A stretch of 56,297 bases of DNA, filler included, from Bipalium vagum (lineage: Eukaryota), in assembly GCA_037834085.1 (NCBI GenBank). It is 3 parts of 3 records of this genome, joined end to end, with 100 filler letters (N's around TTAATTAATTAA, not from the genome) between each part and the next. Parts side by side here need not be neighbours in the genome. Positions count along the whole stretch, not along the records: positions 33,972 to 56,297 come from JBBMKC010223010.1; 2 more parts are not named here. The stretch is one strand, 5' to 3'. Below, piece by piece: positions 34,699 through 49,600 of the stretch. Below the pieces are notes generated by a model that saw only the letters and a list, made by a program, of their open reading frames with translations, did no database searches and was not told the DNA's origin. The position numbers and the translations under genes were made by a program. Every line of letters begins with the position of its first letter. The first letter of the stretch is position 1.

Positions 34699-37600
34699 CT
34701 GAAAAATGAATGAAGATAATAATAATATTTAGTGACAAATAATAAGAATTGAGAACAGATAATTTACAGAACTAAATAAAAATGCAATCAATCAGACCAA
34801 TAATATAAATATATTATTCGTCTCTGATCAAGATCATTTTAATTTCCGATTTCATTACTATTATTATGAAGTAAAGAATACAGACAGATTAAAAATTCAA
34901 TCAATTTAATTATTGAAATCTATTTATTTGAATAAAATTTGTAATTAAATTCTATTGGCACTTCAAACTGAAGACTATATAACGACAAGAATAATGGAGA
35001 TGAAAATTATCAGAATAAATGATTAATAACGAAGAGAAACTAGTATGAAGAAATGAATAAATAAGAAATAATCTTAATTTATTGATTTTTACATATTTCT
35101 AAAAAGATTTAGTTCAGAATTTACACATGATTAAAATCAATATACCTTACCTCTTCAAATTGCATATGAGCATTGTACAGTTGCTCAGCACGTTGCAAAG
35201 TCTTTCCAACCGCCGTTTGTCGTTTTAAAAACGGTTCTCCATGCTCATTCAGCCAAGCCAATACTTGAGCGACATCTTCACGAAACATCAGTAAGCTGAG
35301 ACGAGCTGTTAGTCTTTTATATCGATTCGCTTGAACAGTTTCTACTCGTTTAAAGCACGCCCAGACCTATTTTACAAATAAGCAATTATCAATAATCAAT
35401 CACATGTCTTTATGAAAAAAAACATTCTGTAACGTCATAATACAAGGAATTCATAAAACATGAGCTCACTTTTACTTAACTGTTAAGAGCTGAAAACCGT
35501 GATAAAACATCATTATAAATTCTATAAATAATTTCAATATATTTATTTTATTGTAAATATCTATTATAACATAAATTTTCATTGTCAAAAAATAGATTTT
35601 TGATTTTTTTTAGGAAACAATATTATTTGATTGTAAGTTCAAAAACTCTATTGTACTGTTTGTTTTTTACAAATTATGTCATAATTTAGATTTGACTTTT
35701 GTAAGATCAAAATGTCATCTGATCTAAATAAGACTTAATTTTCAAAATATTATAATTATTTAATAATTAATAAACTAATATTAAAATTTTACACTGTAAA
35801 TTGATAATATTTTTGATTTATTATCTATTTTAATATTGTTATTAATATTATTTAATATTACTATTAATATTTTAATATTTTATCTATTTTAATAAAAAAT
35901 ATTTTAAGTTATTGATTTGAAAAAAATATTTTCCTGAAGTGTTTGTAATTTTAAAAATTATAAAATGATGTAAGAAATAAAAGTGTGGCGGCAAAAAATG
36001 TTTAGAATATAAAAATGAAAATGCAAATTATGTAATATTCATAATTTAACATTTCAAAATATTATTCTTTAGACATCAAATCAATTATAACAATATAAAT
36101 AACCTGCCCATCGATATGTCTAAATTTGACAACTAAATGTAAATATACCCCCAACAAATAATATTTTATCCTAATTAGACACCACCGTTTCGATGTTAAC
36201 CAGAATGAACATTTTTAACTTGTATAAAATCATTTCACATAACAATATTATCATAAAAAATTAAAATATTTTTCTAATATCATGTCTTAATGATATCAAA
36301 ATAACTATTATTTTTACCTTTTTTAAAAAATAAAAATAATCAAAATATATTTTCTCTTTGAATAAAAGTTAAATAAAAAAATTTCTATGACAGCTAAAAT
36401 AAAGCTTCGAATTTTTTACATTTTTAAAATACAGATTAATCATACTCTATATCGATAACTAAATTTTCAAAAATAATGATTTCTAGAATGGAAATATTTG
36501 ATATTATAAATCAGACTTTGAAAGATGTTACGGTGGATCTTCCTCAAAAGAGTTTAATTTGTTTTTATTATCTATCAAAGGAAATAAATTTCAATAAATT
36601 GTCCTGGAAATAAATTTGAAATAACTGTAATATGAAACGAATTAAAAATTAACTTTTTTCTCATACTTTTTACTAATAAATCACACAAAAAAATTCTTAT
36701 ATTTTTAATATTATTATTGGTTAAAATTGTAAATAATTAATGGTACTCTTTATGGTACATTTCAATCATATTATATTGAATTATTTGGCATTTTAAAAAA
36801 TAATTAATTAAAAATATATAAATATTGGATGACATTCGTGATATGCTGGAACTATGTCATTCAAATAAAAAAAATAAAATTGTTTTATTTCATTGATACA
36901 TTATAATTATAATATATATATATATATATATATCAATTAAGGAAATTATACAGTTAATTGAGATCGTGGAAACTTTCTAAAACAGAAAAAACCGACATTA
37001 TTTAATGGCTGATTTTTCTTCTTTAACGTCTATTATTGACTATTGAAATAATTGTAAATATTTTTAAAATAATAAAATGATATATTGATTTTTTATATAG
37101 AACTATATTCAATAATATATAACTATATTCATTAATAGCATAATACTACTTTTTTTACTTATCGAATAATCAAACACTTAATTTCAAAAAGCAATATAAA
37201 AACTTTCGAAATATTTTCGAAAAAATGCAATTACAACCACAAATTCTAACAAACCAAGAGGTCAGATTGATCACCGAATATCAGAAATATATATATAATT
37301 AATGACAAAAAGAGGTTCATTTTCTAATCGATCTCATAAATTTAATGATTAATGATGTTAATATATTTGTGAGCAGAAAATTTAAATATTAATAAATAAA
37401 AACAAAATATTATTTCAGAAATAAATTAAAAATATATTAATAATTGTTTATATTACAATAGAAAAAATATCAATTTGAATATATAAATAATTTACATAAA
37501 TAACCGAAAAAATTGAATTAAAAACCACTGGTCGATAATAAGAATTTTCACTTACCTCGTGCATTAGATGAGTACAATGCTTGCGCCCTTCTGAATAATC

Positions 37601-40600
37601 CACAGCTGCTGCCAGCGATGTATGGCTGCCTTTTGGTACCGGGCTACTAAGGTGACTTGCCAACGCTCTTCCGTCAGAACAGACTTCTTCGTGGGCCATT
37701 CTAGCTTCTTGCCACAATTGCTGTTTAGTGTCCATTTCAAACAATTACAAAAACAACAAGTCAATTTCCGTACTTGAAGTGTTGCGATATACTGATTTAA
37801 TGAATTGACAGTTTCCATTTGTCCAGGTTGAATCTGCTGTTGTTTCATGGCAGTTTCCCAATGAGGGCAGTTTGCCAGAAAGGCCTCGGCCCTTGAATGG
37901 AAACTGGCAGATAATTGCAATACATTACTTCGGTCCTCGAGAGCTGTGGTAAATGATTTCCAATCATGATCAAGTTTTCTTGCCTAGGGAATTTAAAATA
38001 CATTTTGTTTAAATTTATCAAGATATTATTTACTTTTTATGTAAAACTTCACTATTAAAATAATATTCATATAATTTGAGTATGAAATATTAAAAAATTA
38101 TAAAATCAAATAAATCAGAGTAAAATACAAAATAAGAAAGAAATGAAGTAAACTTTATAAAACAAATTTGAAAGTATAAGAAAAATTATATCTAAATTAT
38201 TATAATTGTAACAAAAATAATAGTAATAAATATAAAATAATCATAAAAAAAAGAATTAATAAAAGTGATAATAAAATTTGAAAAATTATTATTAATAATA
38301 ATAATAATATATTAATTGTATCCCTGAAAAAATTATTATTATAATTACTACTACTAAATAATAATAATAATTGCAAAAAAAGAAAGATATCTAAAATAAA
38401 TATTAATTTCTAATTATAATTATTAATTTTACAAAATTTGAAGATTAAAAAAAACTTTACGATAAAATAAATAATATTATGATTTTAGCCCAAGGAAATT
38501 TTAGATTTACTATCATAATTAAGATTTAATGTAAATATTTTATCAATAATGACATTTAAAATATTAATAAATTATTAAAAAATTGATAATAAATATTTAT
38601 ATTATCGATTAATCTATATCTTTAAAAATCTGAATATTGTCTTAGGAAACCATGCTGTCTATATATAAATTATTGATAATCTTGATATGTAAATTCAATG
38701 ATTAAGCGGAACAGAAACACAGATATCAGAACTGCTGTTTGCAATAAGAAAATTCATAGGAAATTAGATTTCTCGATATTATATATTCAATTTTCATCTC
38801 ACGAAGTAATTACCACGAAAAAATGAAAAACAAAAATGGTTTCAATATCTTATAAAATTCTGATGATCTTAGAGACAAGTAAAGGCTAACATTTCGCCTG
38901 TTTTTATTAAACTTAATATTTTTTAGAAAATTATTGATTTTGTAGTTACACAGCATTTATAATAGACTCATTATAAATTCTTATTATTATAAGTTTTATT
39001 TATGTAAAAAATTCTTGGTTAGATTTGCTTATCAAAATGTGATCAACTACAAAATCTTAAAGGACTCGTGAAACCGTACAGATATTTCGCATAAATAATA
39101 TCAATATTACTTGATAAAATGGAAATGAACTGTTAAAAAAAAAGAGTGTCTGAGAGTCTGAGACGAAAATGAGTCAGATAGTCGAAATTTGACAATAATA
39201 ATAATATCAATGAAAAAAGAAGTGTTGTTAAACTTTAAAAATTGAAAAACATCTCTTATAATACACCACCCAAAAGAAAAGACAAATTAACTCCATTATT
39301 AATATCAGTGAATCACAAAATAAATTGCATCAATACAATCGGGTTTCATATAGAAGATCGATGATGAGCAGAAATTCAGTAGCTCAAAAATAATCATTCT
39401 TATGATTTCATTTTAAATCCAAAAAAGATTAATAAAAATGTTTAAATTTAAAAAAATATCTATTCGTATTTTGTAATTATAATTAAATTAATAACTGAAA
39501 CAGGAACTATAAGATATACTTATTATTATTAAAAGCATCTGTTTAATATAAAAAGAAAAGTCAAAATATAATTAATTTTAATTATTATTATTTATTATTA
39601 CTTTAGTTGCTAATAATTAAATTTTGTATCATATCTGTAATGTTTACACAATCCTGTACTGTGTATCGTAGTAAACATTAATGATTCAATAGTAAAATGA
39701 CAAAATTAATAAGTAATCAATCAGTCATCATTTATTGAAAATTTTGAACCTTTTTAATTTATAAGTACAAAACCAGAATTTAGTACCTTTCGTTTTTTCA
39801 ACTGCTTTAATGCATGTTTGTCATTGAATATAAAAATATTTAAGAATTAAATAAAAAATATCGACTAACGATAAAATCAGAATAGAAGCTAAGTAAATAA
39901 TATTGAGAAACAAATAAAGACACAAAATCAATGAATAAATAATACAAGTCAAAGGATGTACCATTGATCACTTCGATTCATATATTAGATATGGAAATAA
40001 GATTCTCATAATACATAGTCTTATTGGTTTGGTTCAGATTTTGTGAAATTATAGTTTATTGAACTGAGGCCTTAAGGGTTAAGAAAATCGAGATTCATTG
40101 AGAAAATTGTCTAACTAATTTTAAAGTCCAAGACTTAATGGATGATGACTAGAAATCTTGACAAATTTAATCTTAACCTTAAAAGTAACAGAGAAATATA
40201 TAAAATTTCATATAAAATTATATTTCACATAAAATTACTCATTAATGTATAACGGAGTATTGACCATGGTCGACTACATGTCTCAACTCTGTCTTTATAC
40301 CTCTGCAACCTTCTTGTACGTACTTTGTGCCTTTTAATCAAATAAAGTCTTATTCCCTTTTTAATTTGTTCAAACTTTTTTGCTCTCCTGTTATTTTTAT
40401 ATACAAGAGATTTTAGAAAGCCAAAAAGATCTCTGATTTAACATTATTATAGGCACAAAATGTATCTCTTTTGCTTTTAAAAAGTCTTGGGTCTTTTTGG
40501 CGTAATGTGAAGAGACCTTGTCTGACCAGAAGACAAAGTTGTCATCGAAATGATGATCTTTCAGAAAAGTTAAATCTTGTACAAACATTCATCCTATTTT

Positions 40601-43600
40601 CTGATTAATTGTCAAACCTCCATCTTTGAACCATGGCTTTGATACACCTTTCTCAGAGATGAAAATTTACAACATAAGCTTTGTTTCATATTTTTTCTGA
40701 AAAATTGTATTATTAGGTGGAGATGTAACAAGACTGTAAGAATAAAATATGTTATTTCCAGGCACTCGAGAGTTTCTCAATGGAAAAAAACATTCATTAT
40801 CCATTCGTTGATTTCATCGGAATTTACAGCACGATCTCGAAGCATATGTTGTTTTGACATATTTTTTTGTAAAATAGTTTATTATGAAAATTTTAATTTT
40901 GCTATTTAAATAAATTTAATTTAAATTTTTTATCACCATAGGAACGATAAAATATGTTTATAATACCTTCTATAAAAATTATTTATAAATTTTGCATTTG
41001 AAATTACTCTAGATTTCTATTAATCACCCGTTATTCAGTAAGTATCATTTTTTGAAGAAATTTTTAATCATTTGGTGATTAAATTTTACAAAAGTAGATA
41101 TACATATAAAAAGATTATTATAAGACGATATATAAAAAATAGATCGAATGATCAGATAAGAATATAAATCTAATTTATTTGAACATACTGATAAAAGAAA
41201 ACTTATGATAAATTTAAAATATATCAAAATAGGAAATTATTGGTTTCATTTTAAAAAAGGAATTTAATGATTATTTATATTTTATTATTCTACATAATAA
41301 TACATGTGGAAATTTTACGAATTTTACCGATGAAAAGGATTTTTACAATTTTACGATTAAAATTTTCAGCTTTACAAATGACTTGTAAATTATATACATA
41401 AATAAATAATAATTTAGAATATTTCTATTAATGGGAACCATACAATATTAGTAATGCTTATTGAATCCGTTAATTTGCAATGGTAAAAGACAAAATAATT
41501 TGGATTGTGATTAATATTGAATTGAGTTAGTCACAAAACAATGGAAATACTGATCAACGACCTTCTATTGCTAGAACAGATCGATAACAGATTCGCATTA
41601 AAACTATTAACAAACATGGATAATAGTTTTATTATTTAGGAAAATTCCATTTTCCTTGTGAAATATAATGATGCATTAATTATTTACCAAAAATATTATT
41701 TTATTTTATAATTATACTTATATGGTGATGAAATTATATTTTTTTGAGAAATTTTTTAAAAAATTAAGCCTTTTGACATTCCAATGATAAAATATGACAG
41801 AAAATTAAAGTTTGATTAAAATATAAATTAATTTCTTACAAAATAAATATTTTTATTTAAATTAATCAAAATTTCTAAAAAGAGAATTATTTTTGTGTAT
41901 GTGGAAAGATATCTTCATAGACTCTGTTTAATTCTTAATTCTTTAAGTGGCAAATTAATGAATCAACAATATTAAACTCTAAAATAAATTCACATGTGAA
42001 TTTATATCTGACATGGCTAAATTGATAATCGTAATCAGACCATGGGAATTTTTAATTTTAAAATCATAATTTAAATGTTTTACTAATAGTATAATTTAAA
42101 ATATAAAGACTTTTCTGAGAACCTGTCTCGCTTTGGCACTGCTTTTGAAATTTCACCTGAGTATAACCACTGGTTTATGTTATCAGCATTTTGGAAATAT
42201 GTCCATTTTTCATCACAAATGTCATTTGCACAACCCGAAAATCTTCGAAAGATACATTCATCGCAGGGATTTTCAATCAGTTTCCGACATATTTTCAACC
42301 GTTGATTTGATTGATGTTCGGTTAATTCATGAGGGACTTTCCCGACAGCTTCGGATGACTTTCCCAAGTTCATGCAGGTGTGAGACAATTGATGTTTGAG
42401 GAATATCCAACTCATGTGACAACAAACGACTGCTGGTTGATCGAGTAACGCCTCGGAATCCAAGATTCAAGGTCGACCAGAACGTGGATCATCCTGAAGG
42501 TTGATGTGACCCTTATTACCTTTTTATTGACATTTTCGGGCTGTGCGAATGATAAAATCTTTCCCTTCAATGTCGTATATATTCTTGTGGCCGCTTACTC
42601 AGCATTTAAGCGCTGTATCCAATAAGGACGCAAAAGCACTCGTTATTTTCAATTTTTCATAAGTTTAAAAAATAGATTATTAAAAAAACTTTTTGAGATA
42701 TATTTTACAGTTCATATTAAACCTAATTTAAAAACCTATAAAATGATGTACATTGTATTACTTACCGAAATTTATAAATATATACCAGCTTTAAATATTA
42801 CTATATATAGTATACAAAAACCCAAGAACCTTTGGTTCACCATAATATATGGAAATCAACCGTGGAAATTTCAAAACTATTACAATAAGAACTTATTGAA
42901 AATAAAAACCATTAGACTCATTGCATTTTCCAAGTGTAATAAAATTTTTAATTCATTTATGATAAAAATATGGATTTCGTTAATTTTTAAAGACCATTTT
43001 TTATAGATTTTTAAGAAAATTTCTACTAACCACTATTCTATGTACCTAATTATTAAAAGTTTATAGGTGTATGATGAGAATATGAATGAAGGTCCATTCT
43101 ACAACTTTTCGTAAAACATGAGACCCAAGTGATTCAAAATAAATTTTTTCAGCGATTATTGTCCGATAAAATCGGATGATAACAAATTTTTCAATCACTT
43201 CTTCGACAAGAATAAACCATAGACTTCTTTGAATATATCTTTGGTTTAGACTTCGTTAGCTGATAAGAATTCGTTTACCATTAACAGTCAACTTTATATA
43301 ACACATAAACAAGAAAAAGCATAGATAGAGCTTCTTTCAGAGAACATATTTTGATACTTTTATTTGCTTAACATGTACAAATACATTTATTCTCTTTTTG
43401 ATTTCCCAATAAGCTTAAGTGGATATAAGTTGAACACAAAAATTCATTTTAGTCTCTGTGACAGGCTTTAATTCTACTTGGATTATTGTTTTTAAAAAAT
43501 AATTATCAAAAATTATCTGTTCCGTTCTTCAATTTCCCATCAGACTCAATACTATCTCTGCGGAGCGATATATTATTTAATTTTTGTATTGTTGAAACAA

Positions 43601-46600
43601 AATACCAGATTAAAACTAATTAATGAGACATGTTAGAATAATTCCAGGGATATGAAACTTATTGATATTGTTAAGAAAATATAGATTAATTATTTTTATT
43701 GGTGGACTCTTTCGGCTATTATTAGTAGTAATAGTAATATAAATGAAAATCAATTGAGTTTTTAATCCGGAAACTGATGTTCAATAGAAAATAATGAAAG
43801 GAAAATATCTCTTTTTAAAAAATAATTCTTTAAACTTACCGTTTCAAGTTTGACTTCCTAACGTTTTTAATTAATTTTTGTATTAATTTCATTTTAAACA
43901 TTGATTTTTACAAAGAACTTTTTAATTGATTTTAATGATATTGTTGATAGTAATAATTTTGTTGATATTTCCAGTGAAAAATATCAAAAATCAGAACAAT
44001 TTTGTTGTTTACACCAAAGTGGATTCTTGCAAGAAAAATTCGATTCAGTCTCAGATTTTTTACAATTCTTATTATAAACGAAAACAAAACTCTTCAAAAT
44101 CTCACCTGGCCCTGTATTTGTTGACTGGCAAAATGACCAGAATCCGTCAACATATTTGCGACGCCAGTCAATCTAGAAACCTGTTCACGAACATCACTGC
44201 AATTGACCAAAAACTGTCGATGTTCAGCGTACAAATCAGCCGCCTAATTCGAAATTTTGTAAATAAAGGAATGCCGAAATATAAATGATTATTTTAATTT
44301 TATCGTTATTATTTTCATTATCATTATATTATATATATTACATTTTTTGGTAAATAGTAAATTTTCCAAATACTTTTCATGATAAGTTTTCGTGAGTTAA
44401 TTTTAAATTAAAGTTTATATATTAAATGTCAAATCTATAAAATTAGTAGACAATCAATGACATGAAACATGATAATAAAGTATCTTAATTTCATCACAAT
44501 GAATTATAATCTGATGTCTATTTTATTAAATATCGATCGAAATAATATATCAAACTGAGAGACATTCTCAGAGGAACTTTATCAACCATATTTGTCTGTT
44601 TTATAAACTGGTTTCAGTAATATAAAAATGGGTATTGAGATATACAATGCTGATTGACTTGTAAAATAAGTCGTAGTAAGAACTTAAACCCAGTATTTAA
44701 TACAAATTAACAACTGTGGCCTGAATTTAAAATAGAAATAAATATATGATGCTAAAACTGATTTTGGTAAAATGAAGGAAATACATCTTTGTGAAAATTA
44801 TTTTTACCAATAAATTGAATTTAACTAAATCAATTCTTGATTGCAGATTCGCTACAAAAGTTCAATATAAAATAACCCCGATGAAAATAAATAATTATTG
44901 ATTTTGGTTCTTTGTATAAATAAACAGAGAAAGACAATCGAAAAATGTAAAACAACGGTTCAGATATATAATGTCGAAGTATCGATTATGAAGAGAGACA
45001 TTTATACGTTGGTCGAGAAATTAGGTAAAACAGACAGACCGGTTTGCATGGCATATTGATGTTTAGGAATGAAGTAATGAGAAAGACGTTACCAGAAAGT
45101 TCACAATGAACAATGAGAATACAATTTTTAAATTAAAATTTTCAAGAAATGAAAGCAACGTAATCAAGTTCAATAAGAGTGACTTCCTCTTCACACATTA
45201 TAAATTATCTTTTTAGCACCTTTTTGTATTTGTAATTTTTGAAATCGACCATTATTGATTATTAATCAACAACCGATGAAAAATTCCATACGATAATTCA
45301 CTTAAAATTTAATAATAAAAAATTAACAGAATAAATTTCTTAACGATGGCGAATTTGACCAATCAAAATTCATTGACTCATGATTATGTATCAAGAATAT
45401 CGACATTCTCAAATCATCGGCGACGATTATTAATCATACAACAATTGAGTCTAATTGTTAAATGAGGAATTTTTTGCTACAAAATATAAAGTAATAATAA
45501 TAATAGCATGACATACTTGAGAAGCAGTTTGTCCAATATCGTGATATTCGGTGAGAAACAGATGACGCTGCTGATTCAACCATTCCGACATTCTACCAAT
45601 ATCTTCTTCAAAAAGTCGCAGCTGATAGATTTGTTCCAGTCGACTGCGACCAGCATCCCATTTGTGTTGAAGATGGGCTCGATATTCATACAATTGTTGA
45701 ACAGTTTTTTTCACTTGTGGTATTAACTGAAATTTGTTCGAAGTCAAATCCTTTAATATTCCATTTTTATAAACAAAATGATCGGAATAACAATCGATTT
45801 TTATTATTTCACATTTTTATTGAAAGAAATAATGTAAATAGAAAATCAGAAGTTATTTGAGATTTTGGTTGTTTTTAATAATAATAATAAATAATATTCG
45901 AAAATAATCGAATTAATCATTTTACTTGATATTTTATTTATCAAAATAATAAAAAACGAATTGGAAAATTATTTGAGACGTAACTAAAAGAACTTTCCAC
46001 AATATTTGAGTGTTTTTTATATCATTTATCAATTTTTTAAAAAACTAACTTAATTTTTTTATACTTTAATCAATTAAGAAACCTTTTTTATTATTGTCAT
46101 TCTCAATACAAATCTTTATTATTTATACACAATTCAAAAAGTTAAAAATAAACTATCAATAATTTTAATTTTTAAAAAATAAACATAAATAATTAAAATC
46201 AATATTAAAAAATAAATGAAAATAACATTCGATAATTTCAATTGTTGAAAACAATTATAGCAGTTTAAAACAAAAATCACAACTCACAATTATTAATTTT
46301 ATTAACAGACCAAGGCTGTCTTAGGAATAATTGTATTAATTTCTATAAATTTATCTAAATTTGAATTGATCTAAATGATAAACAAAAACATTTGTAAAAC
46401 GAAAAGAAATTGTTTCATAAAATAATTTATATAAAATGAAATTACGATTTACTTTTAAAATATTTAAATAACTTAGATGAAATAAAAGTGTTTTTGTTCC
46501 TGGCTAATATGATTTTAATTTCTTATTTTTCTAAAATAAAATACATTTTTTGAAAAACTTAATTTATTTTTTATTATTGATAAGCATTTCTTTAATTTTA

Positions 46601-49600
46601 ACTAAAACTGATAATTCATTATATCGATATATTTTTCATAAACCTTGAGTTGTTTTAATTCAATGCCATGAAAAGAAAAAATAATTTATTCACCAACGAA
46701 CCTAAAAAGTATTAGTAATATTGATTATTAAAAATTGTTAAGTATGAATTATTAAGTATTATTCTGATTAGTTATTAATAATAATTATGATTATTGATTA
46801 TAAATAACTTGATTATCAACTTTATATTATATATAATCATTTAATATTATTACTTTTTATTGATTTTTTATATCTAGAAAATGAAAATAAATTTACATAT
46901 TCAAATGATAACAAAGGAAGATTGCGAAATTTTCCCTGTTCATTAAAATTCAATCTAATTACAACATATGAATGTCTGTCTTAATATAATTGTATGATCC
47001 TCGTAATAATTTGGGTAGATCATCATGAGACTCGCTTTGTCTTGTATATATGGAAAATTATTAATATCAGTTTAATTGTTAGGCAAATTTGTGCATGCAC
47101 TAATTATTAAATTTGCATTTAAATTAGACTGTTGTGCTTTGCAGCTGAAAGTGACATTGACTTTAGAGACCCTGGGACAGGGAATCGATATTAAATGTCT
47201 GTTAGACAGGACTAAAATTTACCATAATGCTTCTTTGAAGGGTGATGATAGCATGAATCACAGAGCCAATCATCATCATAGACAATATTATCAATTTCAG
47301 CTACAAATTCTTTCTCCGTCCATTTTTTTCTTCACTTGACGTAAATTCAGACAATTTAAATAAGTCAACGAAAATAAAATTGTCACGTAATGATAAACTA
47401 TTTTATCTTTTTGCCAGTGAGAGCGGCTCCTAACTAATCTGATCTGAGAATCAAAATTAATCGTTACTACCGATTTTTTGACATTTTAAGAATCTTTTTT
47501 CGGAAAAAATGGAAGATAGCTGAAATGTTATGATGATTATCGAAAGTGAACGGGCTTTGTGAACATTTTGTGTTGACAAGCGCACTTGTTGCTTGTGACT
47601 AATTGCTGTTTTGTTTGCAATTCGATTAATTATTTATATTATTTTCTTATTTTAATTATATTTTTAAAAAATTTTTGTCAAAGATAATTTTTATAAATCC
47701 GATTTGATGAAACTTTATGAACTGTGGAATTGATTTTAATCAATCATGGATTTATTTACATTTACTTATAAATTAATTTAAAGAATCAAATTCAAATCAA
47801 TATACTTTGAATTATAATTCTAATTTGAATCACAAACACTTAAATTTCTTATTGTTTATCTTTTTTTCAATATCGAAACCCTGTTTCAGCATTACCTTCG
47901 GTATAGTTTCCCACTTTTTTAAGTCTGTTTCTTATTTTAACAGTACATTTCAGATTTTTATTGATTTTAAAATGTTTTTTGATTGAAAAAATATTCCAAA
48001 AATTTTCATTGATATATAAAAATCGAATTTATGAAGAATAAAAAGAAAATTCAATTTAAATCAAACATAAAGCAATTTCTTTCAATGACAAATAAAATGG
48101 AATAGAATTTTATTTTTGTTGGTTTTCTATTTTGTTTTAAAGTTTAACTAGATTCATAGGAAAAAACAAGAAAACTGTACAAATTGAGAAAACCAGGTCT
48201 AGACAGAAGGCTGAGAAAAAAATAATCAGTAAAGAAAGATTTTTTTTATTTTTCTGATATTGAAATGAAATTGATTTTTGATACAACTAAATAATGAGAA
48301 AAATAAAATCAAAAACTTGTTCCTTATGAAATTTCAAAATATTTTTATTGATTTATTGAAAATGTGAAATATAATTACAAAAATAATATTTTAAATTCTT
48401 AAAAATTTCTCAAAAAATGAATTTATAAATTTTTAAAAAAGCAAATTAGATAATCAACTATTCTAAACACAGTGGCATCAGTTCCAAATAATGATTTTAT
48501 ATAATCTTTAAACTGCTTTCCTCTGGCTAATGAATTTTCGTTCTTGAACTTATTTACAGTCCTTGGTTTAATTTAAAATCATAGACAACTGAAAAAATTC
48601 AATTGTGATTTTCATAAACTCATTCAATTGAGGAACAACTGAAAAATCTCCAAAATGCTGAATTGCATTTCTATGATAATCAATAGGATATCAAAGTAGG
48701 AAATCGTCAATATCAAATCAATAATTAAAGTCTCAACATTCTGGATATACAGCCTCAGTGCTTAAGTTAATGAACAAACGAATTTACAACACGAACAAGA
48801 CAAAACCCATCAGACAAATAAAGAGGGTTGTGATTAAGTTTCGCTGTTAACTCATTAACAGCAATTTTGGTGATAATTATTAAGACTAATATAGAAAATA
48901 TTCTTTATAGATGATGGACACCATAGTTTTAAATATACATCTACTGCTTACAAAAGACTTAATTAAATTGATTCTTTACATATATTTGACTATTTTTAAT
49001 AGTACAGAAAAATATACAAACTATCCATAGATTTTATTTTTCCCACCTCTAATTAAAAATATTTATCCAAAATCCTCTAGATTCATAATTATCGAATAGT
49101 AATAAGATTATGAGTAGAATTACTTTCTCCATCGATCTTACTACAGAATTGGAAATATTCCTTTAAGAATATAATCCATTTTTTATCAGATTTTCTAATA
49201 AGTTAGAATAGAAAGATTTAAATTTCGACTAATGGAGATATATGAAGTTATAAAGCTCTTTACAATAAAGACAATATTTCTTTCTAGTTGATAAAAATTT
49301 AAAAGATAAATATTTAATTTTTTTAAATATGAAAAAATCTATATTTCCTTTCCATATTAAATTAAATTAAAAATTATGGTTTCGATAAATAACAATTTTT
49401 CCTCATTGATTTTAAAAATTTTATTTTAATAATTATTTAAGAATTTTAGTGAACATAAGCAGATTTTTTAAAAATTTTTAATATATATTACCTTTTTTGG
49501 AAAATTTATTGACCATTGCCGTCATTTTATCCGAATTATCTCCCATAAAAATTAATACCGATAAATCAAAAATAGATGATTATTTTTATATTATTTTTTT

